Assembly (NCBI RefSeq): GCF_000011325.1
Contig: NC_003450.3
Span: 2,700,001 to 2,732,000, forward strand
Direction: 5' to 3'
DNA from: Corynebacterium glutamicum ATCC 13032
Lineage (GTDB): Bacteria; Actinomycetota; Actinomycetes; Mycobacteriales; Mycobacteriaceae
DNA length: 32,000 nucleotides
The position numbers were made by a program, and so were the translations under genes. This document shows, piece after piece, positions 12,698 through 26,826 of the stretch; the stretch's first letter is position 1; each line of letters begins with the position of its first letter. The notes below the pieces were generated by a model. That model was not told the DNA's origin. It saw only the letters and a program-made list of their open reading frames with translations, and searched no databases.

Positions 12698-12814
12698 AAC
12701 CACACACCAAACCAACCAACAGGTTGGTTGTGTTGTGTCAGACACTGCATAATGGACGCGAACACTTTATGTGTTAATTTGTTTTCGTTACGTTGCGTTA
12801 CACCAAACCGTAAT

Positions 12815-15904
<3,090 letters not shown>

Positions 15905-16287
15905 AAATACTATAACCCACACACAAAGTGCGGGCGCGTTCGGTATCACACAACAAAAAACAAAAAAATAAAGATGCTCGCGTCCACTATACAGTTCTCA
16001 CACAACACACCACCCCCACCACAACCAAAGAACACAACATTCTCTACCCGTGTTGACGATGCTCGATGTTAGAAACAACCCACACACACCACCAAAAGGT
16101 GATGCTTGCGATGTCATTCCAGACACCCAACAGCATGCCACCTATTAATCACAGCACTGTTTGCTGTGTTGTTGTCACCCGAGGGGTCATCTCCACCCGA
16201 TTAAAATAATGTTGATGGCAACCACATACGGGTTCCAACACCAACAACCCACCAACCAGACACAGTCTGATGTGGGTTAATAAAGCT

Positions 16288-17817
<1,530 letters not shown>

Positions 17818-18156
17818 AAAACAATAAAAAAGATTGTTCAGGCCGTGAAAAGCCCAACACCTGACAAAAACAACAACACCCCCACCAACCACACACAAAG
17901 GTGACAGTTGGAGAATGGGGTGTTACTGGCATTATCAAAAAATAATGATTCTAAAAAAACACCACAACCCAAATAAGGATCATCGTGTCTTCAACGTGGG
18001 CCTAGTCCCTTGACGGGGAACAAGCAGACCCACAAAATCATGCCAACAATAAGATTATTGTTTACAGTGATGGATAAAATTGGCGATCCACCACCCGGCA
18101 TGACCCACCACACATCACCCAAGGTGATCTGTGGTAGTGACAAAAATAATAAATGG

Positions 18157-18181
18157 CACACTATTGAGTTCTCAAACAACA
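18157..18181 (-). promoter_or_regulatory. BoxA-like conserved rrn leader element (copy 2)
   Basis: Same 25-mer as 9287..9311. Confidence 0.5.
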
Positions 18182-18233
18182 TACGCACACTAACTTGATC
18201 ACCTTGCTCGGTGTCTCGTAAGCAGCTTGTTCG

Positions 18234-18263
18234 ACTTTACCCTTATCGTTAATCAGAAAGCAA
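18234..18263 (-). promoter_or_regulatory. Candidate proximal rrn promoter (copy 2)
   Basis: The minus strand reads TTGCTT-N18-TAAAGT followed by CGAACAAGCTGC. Confidence 0.3.
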
Positions 18264-18352
18264 CTTGCGTTAATTCCTGAAGAATTTTGGGAGTCTGTCA
18301 GCGTTTCAATTTCCCTTGCTGTGAAGCTCGGTTCGTTGCGCTGACTCGAATT

Positions 18353-18381
18353 AATCTACACAGCCCCTCTGACAAGCACAA
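18353..18381 (-). promoter_or_regulatory. Candidate distal rrn promoter (copy 2)
   Basis: The minus strand reads TTGTGC-N17-TAGATT. The -35 overlaps the T-tail of the murA terminator. Confidence 0.3.
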
Positions 18382-18412
18382 ACCCCCAGCTCAATGATGG
18401 TTTCGCTGGGGG
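18371..18412 (-). terminator. murA terminator
   Basis: cccccagc (18383-18390) pairs with gctggggg (18405-18412) around a 14-nt loop. On the minus strand it is followed by TTTGTGCTTGTC, and it lies 22 nt after the murA stop. Confidence 0.6.
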
Positions 18413-18433
18413 ATGCTTGATGGGAAGGCTTCG

Positions 18434-19690
18434 TTAGGAAGAAACCCTTTCGATGGTCGCTCCGAGTTTCTGCAGATTTTCCACGAAGTTGGGGTATCCG
18501 CGGTCGATGTGGAAAACATCGTGAACTTCGGTCACTCCGTCTGCGCAAAGGGCGGCAAGAACCAGTCCTGCTCCTGCACGGATATCTGAAGACCACACGG
18601 AAGTAGAGGAAAGCTGTTCAATTCCTCGGATTACTACGTGGTGCCCATCGACATTCGCGTCAGCGCCCAGGCGAAGCATTTCATCGACGAAGCGGAATCG
18701 TGATTCAAAGACATTCTCTGTAATTACTGAAGTTCCATTAGATACTGCGTTGATTCCAATTGCCATGGGTTGCAGATCTGTAGGGAACCCTGGGAACGGG
18801 AGGGTTTGGTAGTCGGTTGCCTCAGGCTGCTTATCCATTTGGACGCGGAAGCCGTTTTCGTAGGTTTCCACCTTGGCGCCGGCGATCTTGAGCTTTTCCA
18901 ATGGAAGGTGCAGATACCTTGGTGCGATTCCGCCAACTGTAATATCGCCACGAGTCATCGCAGCGGCGTATGCCCACGTTCCGGCAACGATGCGGTCGCC
19001 GATTACTTCGTGCTGAGTTGGGGTGAGTTTCTCTACGCCTTCGATGGTGATGGTTGGGCTTCCTTCACCTTCAATGTTGGCGCCCATGGATCGAAGCATA
19101 CGGCAGAGATCAACAATTTCTGGTTCGCGCGCTGCGTTATCTAATACTGTGCGTCCTTCTGCCATGACGGATGCAGTGAGGATGTTTTCGGTGGCGCCGA
19201 CGGACGGGAAATCCAGGGTGATGTTGGCACCGACGAGCTTTTCAGCTTCTGCAACTACTGCACCGTGGGAAATGCGGGTGGTGGCACCAAGCTTTTCCAG
19301 GCCGCTTTGATGCATGTCGAGTGGACGGGATCCAATGGCGTCACCGCCGGGAAGGGATACAACTGCGCGACCACAACGTGCTGTCAATGGACCAAGCACA
19401 CATACGGATGCACGGAATTGGGTGACTGCTGGGAAGTCAGCATTGGAGCTGAGTTCTGCAGGGGTAGTAATGGTTACGGTTGAGCCGTCGATGGTGACAT
19501 CGCAGCCAAGACCAACGAGGACGTCGCGCATCAGGGGGACGTCGAGGATTTCGGGGCAATTGGTTAGAGTTGTTGTGCCTTCAGCGAGAAGTGCTGCTGC
19601 CATGAGCTTCAAAACGCTGTTTTTTGCGCCGTAAACTTTTACAGCGCCCTGCAGCTGTGCTCCACCAGTGACTAAAAACTTGTCTTTCAC
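18434..19690 (-). CDS. murA: UDP-N-acetylglucosamine 1-carboxyvinyltransferase
   Basis: The ORF 18434..19717 is a clear MurA ([32 protein letters not shown]..., active-site loop [13 protein letters not shown]). I prefer the GTG at 19690 (VKDKFLV...) because AAGGTGG lies 5 nt upstream. The GTG at 19717 is the longest alternative. Confidence 0.9.
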
Positions 19691-19750
19691 GTGCCCCACC
19701 TTATCCGTGTTCCCCACCCCTGTGCGTAACGACAGCTAGAATCTCAAGTT

Positions 19751-20323
19751 ATGGCCGTTCATTTAACCAAGATCTATACGCGAACCGGGGACGATGGAAC
19801 CACGGGGCTCTCAAATTTTGAGCGAGTTCCCAAGGACGATCCCCGCCTTATTGCATACGCCGACTCCGATGAAGCAAACTGTGCGATTGGCCAAGTGCTT
19901 GCACTCAGCAGCCCTACGGAAGATATGGCAACCTTATTGCGGACTATTCAAAATGAACTTTTTGATGTGGGCGCAGACTTAGCAACCCCGATTGAGGAGA
20001 ATCCGAAGTATCCCCCACTTCGAGTTCTTCCGGAATATATCGAACGACTTGAGAAGGAGTGCGATAAATGGAACGAGGATGTGCCGGCGTTGGATTCCTT
20101 CATTTTGCCGGGTGGCACGCCAGCAGCGGCACTCTTGCACACCGCAAGGGTAATTACGAGGCGCGCGGAGAGAGCAGCTTGGATAGCGGTGCGGGAATTT
20201 CCGAGCACCACCTCTACCTTGCCAGCCCAATACCTGAATCGTCTTAGCGATCTGCTGTTTATTCTTTCCCGTGTTGCCAACAATGGCAATGATGTGAAGT
20301 GGGTTCCGGGCGGAAAAAGATGA
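19751..20323 (+). CDS. pduO: ATP:cob(I)alamin adenosyltransferase, PduO type
   Basis: 190-aa ORF beginning MAVHLTKIYTRTGDDGTTGL..., the hallmark N-terminus of PduO-type adenosyltransferases. It is divergent from murA, as I recall for other actinobacteria. Confidence 0.9.
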   Translation: MAVHLTKIYTRTGDDGTTGLSNFERVPKDDPRLIAYADSDEANCAIGQVLALSSPTEDMATLLRTIQNELFDVGADLATPIEENPKYPPLRVLPEYIERLEKECDKWNEDVPALDSFILPGGTPAAALLHTARVITRRAERAAWIAVREFPSTTSTLPAQYLNRLSDLLFILSRVANNGNDVKWVPGGKR

Positions 20324-20326
20324 AAA

Positions 20327-20362
20327 CCACCCTGCGACCGTGATTGAAACGGTGCAGGGTGG
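20327..20362. terminator. Hairpin between the convergent pduO and ramA genes
   Basis: ccaccctgcgaccgt ... acggtgcagggtgg forms an imperfect ~14-bp stem. It lies 4 nt after the pduO stop and 20 nt after the ramA stop. Confidence 0.55.
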
Positions 20363-20382
20363 CGTCGTAAAGCAAAATCTTT

Positions 20383-21228
20383 TTAAGGCAGTGCGCCGAT
20401 CCGGCGTGCTGCGTTGACTGCCTCGTAGCGCGTGTGGGCGCCGAGCTTGCGCATGACCGAGCGCAGGTAGCTCTTGACGGTTTCCGCGCCGATGCCCATC
20501 TCTTCAGCAGCTTCGACGTTGGTGTGACCGAGCGCGACACAAGCCAGCACGTCCAACTCACGCGCGGACAGCTTGGTGGTCTGCTTGATGCGGACTGGGG
20601 TGACCATCTGATCGCAAAGCTCTTCCAAATCGCGGCGCAGATCCTCATCGGTCACACGATTTGCCAGCATGCGCAGCTTGGAATGAGTGGAACGAACCTG
20701 CTCCCACTCCGCCCCATTCATCACGCGGTTAGCTTTGAGGGAACCGCGACCATCAGGAACGCCATTGCGGCGAAGCGCGGAGTTGATCGCCAGGTTTTGT
20801 TCCAACGTGCGCGCAGTCATGGTGACTTCTTCAATAACAGTGTCGCCGAGACGCACCGCAGAGTGAACGCCAACATACAAAACGCCACGAATTTCGCGGT
20901 GCACGATCACGGGAACTGCGACAATGGAATGAAGGCCCTCATCCTGAATCGCGGAATCCTTCTCATGTGAAATGACATTTGCCCTGGTGTAATCACTCAC
21001 ACCAACCGGACGACGGGTTGCGACGACGCGTCCACCAACGCCCACACCTGGTTCAATGACCAGATTCTGCAGAGCCGGGGTACGCAACCCAACCCACTGA
21101 GTAATTTGCAGGCGATTGTCCTGCAACACAGTGGCGAACATGGTGACTGGGATGCCTGTTGCGGTTTTCAGCGATGTCAGCGCCGAACGAATAGCATCTT
21201 CGTCATCTTTAATCCGCTGGGTATCCAC
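20383..21228 (-). CDS. ramA: LuxR-family transcriptional regulator with an N-terminal GAF-like domain (RamA, regulator of acetate metabolism)
   Basis: C-terminal HTH LSARELDVLACVALGHTNVEAAEEMGIGAETVKSYLRSVMRKLG. From memory the sequence matches C. glutamicum RamA (VDTQRIKDDEDAIRSALTSLK...). The start was set at GTG 21228, with AGGAGGA 9 nt upstream, giving 281 aa. The ORF-track start at 21267 has no RBS. Confidence 0.85.
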   Translation of the reverse strand: MDTQRIKDDEDAIRSALTSLKTATGIPVTMFATVLQDNRLQITQWVGLRTPALQNLVIEPGVGVGGRVVATRRPVGVSDYTRANVISHEKDSAIQDEGLHSIVAVPVIVHREIRGVLYVGVHSAVRLGDTVIEEVTMTARTLEQNLAINSALRRNGVPDGRGSLKANRVMNGAEWEQVRSTHSKLRMLANRVTDEDLRRDLEELCDQMVTPVRIKQTTKLSARELDVLACVALGHTNVEAAEEMGIGAETVKSYLRSVMRKLGAHTRYEAVNAARRIGALP

Positions 21229-21390
21229 CTTCAGATTTCCTCCTGCTTTACACCCGTGCTGGTACACCCATAGGGCGCGTCACGAGTAACAATCATTCGA
21301 CAAGGGTACAGTGTACTTCCCCTTTGGGGGTGAACATAGTCGAGGCGGATCGCCAATATGTTGGCACGGGTGTCCATTTGCCTTGTTTTT

Positions 21391-21545
21391 CGGGGGTATT
21401 TAAATAAGTTCCCCACCCCTCAAGGGCCACCCCCGCCACCCCAACCACCCCCGAAGAGGTAGTTAACCCCCAGTTCACGCCGGTTTTAGAGAAAAACTCA
21501 AATCCCTGTCCGGTCAGCCACCCCTCAACACACCCGCTACCCCCA
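21391..21545. promoter_or_regulatory. Array of G5/C4-5 tracts upstream of ramA (RamA-type operator motifs)
   Basis: Contains cgggggt (21391-21397), ccccacccct (21411-21420), a tandem of three 9-bp units ccacccccg/ccaccccaa/ccacccccg (21427-21453), aaccccca, ccacccct and taccccca. The published RamA motif, as I recall it, is A/C/T-G4-6-T/C or its complement. Confidence 0.45.
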
Positions 21546-21925
21546 TTTGCGGTATTAGCTAAACTCAAGTTTGCTGAAATTAGTGTCATAGAACACCTTT
21601 TTCCTTGTGGAAAAAGTGAAATTATTGGACGAAACTGCCAAACCTTTGAGATTTTTCCGACAACGGACTTCTTTAAAAGATGCTTTTCGACGCCGCTCCC
21701 CAACCATTAACCCCGCGAGAAATATTCATCGAATAGATGTCGATCTACCTGCAAATACGCTCGGTCTACAAATAATGAACAGAACTGTCTACTTTTCAAA
21801 CTGCTTTTTGTGTAGACTCAAGTCACAGAGGCCACTTCAAGTAGATGTTTCGTAATTGTTTACAGCGTTTACGCAAGCGGTCGACCAACAAAAACAGCAC
21901 TTCAATGATTGGAGCACCACCCGAC

Positions 21926-22861
21926 ATGGGCAATGTGTACAACAACATCACCGAAACCATCGGCCACACCCCACTGGTAAAGCTGAACAAGCTCACCGAA
22001 GGCCTCGACGCAACTGTCCTGGTCAAGCTTGAGTCATTCAACCCAGCAAACTCCGTCAAGGACCGTATCGGTCTGGCCATCGTTGAAGATGCAGAGAAGT
22101 CCGGTGCACTGAAGCCAGGCGGCACCATCGTTGAAGCAACCTCCGGCAACACCGGTATCGCACTGGCAATGGTCGGCGCTGCACGCGGATACAACGTTGT
22201 TCTCACCATGCCGGAGACCATGTCCAACGAGCGTCGCGTTCTCCTCCGCGCTTACGGTGCAGAGATCGTTCTTACCCCAGGTGCAGCAGGCATGCAGGGT
22301 GCAAAGGACAAGGCAGACGAAATCGTCGCTGAACGCGAAAACGCAGTCCTTGCTCGCCAGTTCGAGAACGAGGCAAACCCACGCGTCCACCGCGACACCA
22401 CCGCGAAGGAAATCCTCGAAGACACCGACGGCAACGTTGATATCTTCGTTGCAAGCTTCGGCACCGGCGGAACCGTCACCGGCGTTGGCCAGGTCCTGAA
22501 GGAAAACAACGCAGACGTACAGGTCTACACCGTCGAGCCAGAAGCGTCCCCACTTCTGACCGCTGGCAAGGCTGGTCCACACAAGATCCAGGGCATCGGC
22601 GCAAACTTCATCCCCGAGGTCCTGGACCGCAAGGTTCTCGACGACGTGCTGACCGTCTCCAACGAAGACGCAATCGCATTCTCCCGCAAGCTCGCTACCG
22701 AAGAGGGCATCCTCGGCGGTATCTCCACCGGCGCAAACATCAAGGCAGCTCTTGACCTTGCAGCAAAGCCAGAGAACGCTGGCAAAACCATCGTCACCGT
22801 TGTCACCGACTTCGGCGAGCGCTACGTCTCCACCGTTCTTTACGAAGACATCCGCGACTAA
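21926..22861 (+). CDS. cysK: Cysteine synthase A (O-acetylserine sulfhydrylase)
   Basis: Sequence MGNVYNNITETIGHTPLVKLNKL...KLESFNPANSVKDRIG (PLP lysine motif) ...TSGNTGIALA. The start is at ATG 21926, with GGAGCA 9 nt upstream. The 27 extra codons in the ORF track are basic and low-complexity and lack an RBS. Confidence 0.92.
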   Translation: MGNVYNNITETIGHTPLVKLNKLTEGLDATVLVKLESFNPANSVKDRIGLAIVEDAEKSGALKPGGTIVEATSGNTGIALAMVGAARGYNVVLTMPETMSNERRVLLRAYGAEIVLTPGAAGMQGAKDKADEIVAERENAVLARQFENEANPRVHRDTTAKEILEDTDGNVDIFVASFGTGGTVTGVGQVLKENNADVQVYTVEPEASPLLTAGKAGPHKIQGIGANFIPEVLDRKVLDDVLTVSNEDAIAFSRKLATEEGILGGISTGANIKAALDLAAKPENAGKTIVTVVTDFGERYVSTVLYEDIRD

Positions 22862-22876
22862 TTCTTAGCGACTGTT

Positions 22877-22909
22877 AACCACTCAAGCTCTTTGCTTGGG
22901 TGGTTTTTT
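22877..22909 (+). terminator. cysK terminator
   Basis: aaccactcaagc tcttt gcttgggtggtt, followed by TTTTT. Confidence 0.7.
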
Positions 22910-23046
22910 CATGTCTCAAGGTCGGGTCGGGTGCGATTCGGGTCGGTTTTGAGTGTCTTTGAGTCCTTTTAAGTCCTTCTTTGCCCGTGAATAATTCTCT
23001 GGATAGTTTCCACGTGCAGTTAAGTCACGCTGTTAGACTTGCCTGC

Positions 23047-23613
23047 ATGCTCTCGACAATAAAAATGATCCGTGAAGATCTCGCAAACGCTCGTGAACAC
23101 GATCCAGCAGCCCGAGGCGATTTAGAAAACGCAGTGGTTTACTCCGGACTCCACGCCATCTGGGCACATCGAGTTGCCAACAGCTGGTGGAAATCCGGTT
23201 TCCGCGGCCCCGCCCGCGTATTAGCCCAATTCACCCGATTCCTCACCGGCATTGAAATTCACCCCGGTGCCACCATTGGTCGTCGCTTTTTTATTGACCA
23301 CGGAATGGGAATCGTCATCGGCGAAACCGCTGAAATCGGCGAAGGCGTCATGCTCTACCACGGCGTCACCCTCGGCGGACAGGTTCTCACCCAAACCAAG
23401 CGCCACCCCACGCTCTGCGACAACGTGACAGTCGGCGCGGGCGCAAAAATCTTAGGTCCCATCACCATCGGCGAAGGCTCCGCAATTGGCGCCAATGCAG
23501 TTGTCACCAAAGACGTGCCGGCAGAACACATCGCAGTCGGAATTCCTGCGGTAGCACGCCCACGTGGCAAGACAGAGAAGATCAAGCTCGTCGATCCGGA
23601 CTATTACATTTAA
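23047..23613 (+). CDS. cysE: Serine O-acetyltransferase (short form)
   Basis: Sequence [45 protein letters not shown]... followed by hexapeptide repeats ([35 protein letters not shown]). The start is uncertain: ATG 23047 or ATG 23065, neither with a good RBS. Confidence 0.88.
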   Translation: MLSTIKMIREDLANAREHDPAARGDLENAVVYSGLHAIWAHRVANSWWKSGFRGPARVLAQFTRFLTGIEIHPGATIGRRFFIDHGMGIVIGETAEIGEGVMLYHGVTLGGQVLTQTKRHPTLCDNVTVGAGAKILGPITIGEGSAIGANAVVTKDVPAEHIAVGIPAVARPRGKTEKIKLVDPDYYI

Positions 23614-23621
23614 GAACAGTT

Positions 23622-23657
23622 AGCGCCCTACCTGAAGTTCAGGCAGGGCGCTTTTTT
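23622..23657 (+). terminator. cysE terminator
   Basis: agcgccctacctgaagttcaggcagggcgct, followed by TTTTTT. Confidence 0.75.
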
Positions 23658-23767
23658 GGGAAGCTCCAGAGTGCGTTTGTTAGCCACGCACTAGGGACCT
23701 TTAACCGTCTAAAACCGCCCCTGTGCGCTTCTCAGCACTACCCGTGAGAACCACCCCCCTGTGCCAG

Positions 23768-24058
23768 CTAGTTCTTTAGATCCTTATACTCAGGGTTCTT
23801 CTGAATGAAGCCAGCGACTGCAGAGCAAGCATCATGAATACGGATACCGGACTCACGTGCATCATCCAAAGCAAACTTGATCAATGGCGCAGACAGTCCC
23901 TGTCCACGGAATTCAGGCTTAATAACAGTGTGGTTGAAGTTGCGGATATCCGGGCCGTCTAAATAGCTGGCAAATCCAGCTGGCGTTCCATCAACGCTGA
24001 TAACAAAGCGCTTCTGTCCTTCATTGTGGACAATCTCAATGTTTTTGTTCTCGCTCAT
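23768..24058 (-). CDS. Small GNAT-family N-acetyltransferase (YjdJ-like, 96 aa)
   Basis: Sequence MSENKNIEIVHNEGQKRFVISVDG...HTVIKPEFRGQGLSAPLIKFALDDARESG...CSAVAGFIQKNPEY, the typical single-domain GNAT pattern. GAGGAG RBS upstream. Confidence 0.8.
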   Translation of the reverse strand: MSENKNIEIVHNEGQKRFVISVDGTPAGFASYLDGPDIRNFNHTVIKPEFRGQGLSAPLIKFALDDARESGIRIHDACSAVAGFIQKNPEYKDLKN

Positions 24059-24133
24059 GTGCGTTCTCCTCGGTATCTCATCCCGGTGGAATTAACCGGA
24101 ACTACTCTTCCTTTATACCTTTTGAACACAAAG

Positions 24134-24171
24134 ACACCCTGTTTTATTTCCTAAGAAATAAAACAGGGTGT
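24134..24171 (-). terminator. Terminator after the tRNA-Asp/tRNA-Phe pair
   Basis: Perfect 17-bp stem acaccctgttttatttc / gaaataaaacagggtgt with loop ctaa, directly 3' of tRNA-Phe. It is followed on the minus strand by CTTTGTGTTC. Confidence 0.65.
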
Positions 24172-24174
24172 AGA

Positions 24175-24250
24175 TGGTGGCCAGAGCCGGGATCGAACCG
24201 GCGACCTTTCACTTTTCAGGCGAACGCTCTACCGACTGAGCTATCTGGCC
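24175..24250 (-). tRNA. tRNA-Phe (GAA), CCA encoded
   Basis: The reverse complement GGCCAGATAGCTCAGTCGGTAGAGCGTTCGCCTGAAAAGTGAAAGGTCGCCGGTTCGATCCCGGCTCTGGCCACCA folds by hand into a cloverleaf. The anticodon loop is CTGAAAA. Confidence 0.93.
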
Positions 24251-24282
24251 AGGGGCTGCTCTACAGTATAGACCAACTCCAG

Positions 24283-24356
24283 CGACCCTGACGGGACTTG
24301 AACCCGCGACCTCCGCCGTGACAGGGCGGCGCGCTAACCAACTGCGCCACAGGGCC
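24283..24356 (-). tRNA. tRNA-Asp (GTC), copy 1
   Basis: The reverse complement is GGCCCTGTGGCGCAGTTGGTTAGCGCGCCGCCCTGTCACGGCGGAGGTCGCGGGTTCAAGTCCCGTCAGGGTCG. The anticodon loop is CTGTCAC. No CCA is encoded. Confidence 0.93.
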
Positions 24357-24475
24357 TTAAAGCCATGCACTATTCAGTGTTTGTCACACTGTCCTGCGCA
24401 CAGATGAATACTCTACACAGACCGGGCGATTAGCCACAAATCCGCTGGTCAAAGCTAAGATCTGTGGCCTGTTAG

Positions 24476-25360
24476 TTACAAAGCTGCAACTACCTCACGC
24501 ATAAGCTTCGCGGTTTCACTCGGAGTTGTTCCCACGCGAACACCCACGGCCTCCAATGCATGCTTCTTTGCTCGCGCAGTGCCTTCTGAACCTGTCACGA
24601 TGGCGCCAGCATGCCCCATGGTCTTTCCTTCAGGGGCGGTAAAGCCTGCCACGTAACCCACAACTGGTTTTGTCACGTGCTTAGAAATGAAGTCAGCAGC
24701 GCGTTCCTCTGCATCTCCACCGATCTCACCGATCATGACGATTGCCTTGGTCTCAGGATCAGCTTCAAAGGCCTCCAGAGCGTCGATATGGGTTGTACCG
24801 ATGATTGGGTCACCGCCAATACCAATCGCCGTAGAAATGCCAATATCTGAAAGTTCGTACATCATCTGATAAGTCAGTGTTCCCGACTTTGAGATCAACC
24901 CGATCGGGCCGGAACCTGCAATGTTTGCCGGCGTAATTCCCGCAAGAGATTCGCCGGGAGTAATAATGCCTGGGCAGTTAGGGCCAATGATGCGGGTGTG
25001 TCCCACCTTCTTGGCATAAGCCCACGCCTCAGAAGCGTCACGCACTGGGATGCCCTCAGTAATAATCACGCACAGTGGGATGTGAGCGTCGATAGCTTCA
25101 ATGATCGCAGCTTTGGCAAAGGCTGGAGGAACGAAAATTACGGTGACATCCGCACCCGTTTCCTCCATTGCTTCCTTAACAGTGCCAAATACAGGCAACT
25201 CAGTGTCATTGATCAAAATGGTTTGCCCAGCTTTGCGGGGGTTGGTGCCACCCACGAGCTTCGCACCAGAGGCTAAAATTCGACGCGCATGCTCTGAACC
25301 TTCCGAACCGGTAATGCCCTGAATGATGATGCGGGAATCTGAATTGAGAAAAATAGACAT
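24476..25360 (-). CDS. sucD: Succinyl-CoA synthetase alpha subunit
   Basis: 294-aa ORF with [16 protein letters not shown]..., the phosphohistidine region GHAGAIV, and SKSGTLTY. Confidence 0.95.
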   Translation of the reverse strand: MSIFLNSDSRIIIQGITGSEGSEHARRILASGAKLVGGTNPRKAGQTILINDTELPVFGTVKEAMEETGADVTVIFVPPAFAKAAIIEAIDAHIPLCVIITEGIPVRDASEAWAYAKKVGHTRIIGPNCPGIITPGESLAGITPANIAGSGPIGLISKSGTLTYQMMYELSDIGISTAIGIGGDPIIGTTHIDALEAFEADPETKAIVMIGEIGGDAEERAADFISKHVTKPVVGYVAGFTAPEGKTMGHAGAIVTGSEGTARAKKHALEAVGVRVGTTPSETAKLMREVVAAL

Positions 25361-25381
25361 GATTAAACAGGTGCTCCTTAA

Positions 25382-26590
25382 CTAATTAGCGGTTGCGAAC
25401 TGGCCGTGCTGGGCAAGATTGGCCAAATGGGCAGCGTGATCAGCCGCTGCATCCATACCCTCCACAACGGTGACCAAAGGGTGGTTATATTCCGCGAGGA
25501 TTCGTCTGCCTTCCACCACGTTGTTGCCATCAAGGCGCACCACAAGAGGCTTCGTTGCTTGATCGCCGAGCACATCCAAAGCTCCAACGATTCCCTTTGC
25601 CACCACATCACACGCGGTGATGCCACCAAACACATTCACAAACACACTGCGTACCTGGCTATCCCCAAGGATCACATCGAGACCAGCAGCCATCGATTCA
25701 GCTGATGCTCCGCCACCAATGTCTAGGAAGTTCGCGGGGCGCTGCCCACCATGGCGTTCACCAGCTGCAGCCACGATATCCAACGTGGACATCACCAAAC
25801 CTGCACCATTGCCAATGATGCCCACAGAGCCATCAAGTTTCACGTAGTTCAGATCATTCTTCTTGGCCTTCAGTTCCAAAATGTCCAAGCCACCGGCAGA
25901 TTCAGCCAACGCACCACGGTTATCATGGCGGAAATCAGCGTTATCATCCAGCGTGATCTTGCCATCAAGCGCAATCACATCGCCGTCATCCGTGAGCACC
26001 AACGGGTTCACCTCAACGAGTGTTGCTTCCTCTTCGTAATACACCTGCCAGATCTTGATCAGCACCGGAATGACTTTCTCTGCCACCTCAGTTTCAAAGC
26101 CAGCAGCAGTGACAATCTCCCGCGCTTTGTCCTCATCAATACCAGTGAGGGGATCCACTTCCACCTTTGCCAAAGCTTCAGGCTTTTCCTTCGCCAGGAT
26201 CTCGATCTCCATGCCACCTTCAACAGAGCACATAGCCAGATACGAACGATTCGCGCGATCCAACAAAATGGAGAAATAGTATTCCTCAGCAATGTCAGCG
26301 CCCTGCGCCACCATCACCTGATTAACAGTGTGTCCTTTGATATCCATGCCGAGAATCGCATCCGCAGCATCAAAAGCCTGAGCCGACGTCGGTGCCACAC
26401 GGACGCCACCCGCCTTGCCACGTCCGCCCACCTTGACCTGAGCCTTGACGACGGTCAGTCCGCCGATTTCCTCAGCCGCTTTCCTCGCCGCCTCTGGTGT
26501 TGATGCCACAATTCCCTTCAACACTGGCACACCATGGGTTTCAAAGAGGTCCCGTGCTTGGTATTCAAAAAGATCCACTGCCAATTCCAT
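25382..26590 (-). CDS. sucC: Succinyl-CoA synthetase beta subunit
   Basis: Sequence [26 protein letters not shown]...[17 protein letters not shown]... (ATP-grasp). The start was set at ATG 26590; the GTG four codons later is also possible. The 22 extra codons in the ORF track lie upstream of the conserved DLFEYQ start. Confidence 0.92.
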   Translation of the reverse strand: MELAVDLFEYQARDLFETHGVPVLKGIVASTPEAARKAAEEIGGLTVVKAQVKVGGRGKAGGVRVAPTSAQAFDAADAILGMDIKGHTVNQVMVAQGADIAEEYYFSILLDRANRSYLAMCSVEGGMEIEILAKEKPEALAKVEVDPLTGIDEDKAREIVTAAGFETEVAEKVIPVLIKIWQVYYEEEATLVEVNPLVLTDDGDVIALDGKITLDDNADFRHDNRGALAESAGGLDILELKAKKNDLNYVKLDGSVGIIGNGAGLVMSTLDIVAAAGERHGGQRPANFLDIGGGASAESMAAGLDVILGDSQVRSVFVNVFGGITACDVVAKGIVGALDVLGDQATKPLVVRLDGNNVVEGRRILAEYNHPLVTVVEGMDAAADHAAHLANLAQHGQFATAN

Positions 26591-26692
26591 TTCCGGCCCA
26601 TGCTTAGAGCCTTCTGCGTCTTTAACAAAGTCTTCCCGTAAAAGTAAGTGTTTCAACTCACCAATATGATCGTATTGTGAAGTCTAACACTG

Positions 26693-26705
26693 TAAACTTT
26701 GCAAA
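26693..26705. promoter_or_regulatory. RamB-type operator motif upstream of sucC
   Basis: TAAACTTTGCAAA matches 12 of 13 positions of the RamB consensus A(A/G)AACTTTGCAAA as I recall it. It lies about 100 bp upstream of the sucC start. Confidence 0.45.
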
Positions 26706-26826
26706 TTGCAACAAAATTGGATCCGTGGTGCTCAGCCCCCACCCCTTGGGAACTTTTCCGCAGGTTTTCCGGCAACTAGCCGGTCAAAACATGACATCCG
26801 TGAGGCTTAACCTGACAGCCCCTAGA

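Noticed and set aside
21293-21855. ORFs of 136 aa (minus, 21293..21703) and 82 aa (plus, 21607..21855) in the ramA-cysK intergenic region
   Set aside because: Neither has an RBS. The sequences are G/V/T-rich or basic low-complexity frames generated by the C-tract region. They overlap each other and the likely promoter regions of ramA and cysK.
25382-26656. The longest-ORF starts given in the track for sucC (424 aa), the DsbA-like gene (27397..28350, 317 aa), cysK (338 aa), cysE (210 aa), actA (513 aa), ramA (294 aa) and murA (427 aa)
   Set aside because: In most cases the extension precedes the conserved N-terminus of the family and an internal start has a better Shine-Dalgarno sequence. For sucC and cysE no candidate start has a convincing RBS, so those starts rest on the conserved N-terminus alone. 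The DsbA-like extension would overlap the preceding hydrolase gene by 146 nt. Shorter starts were used.
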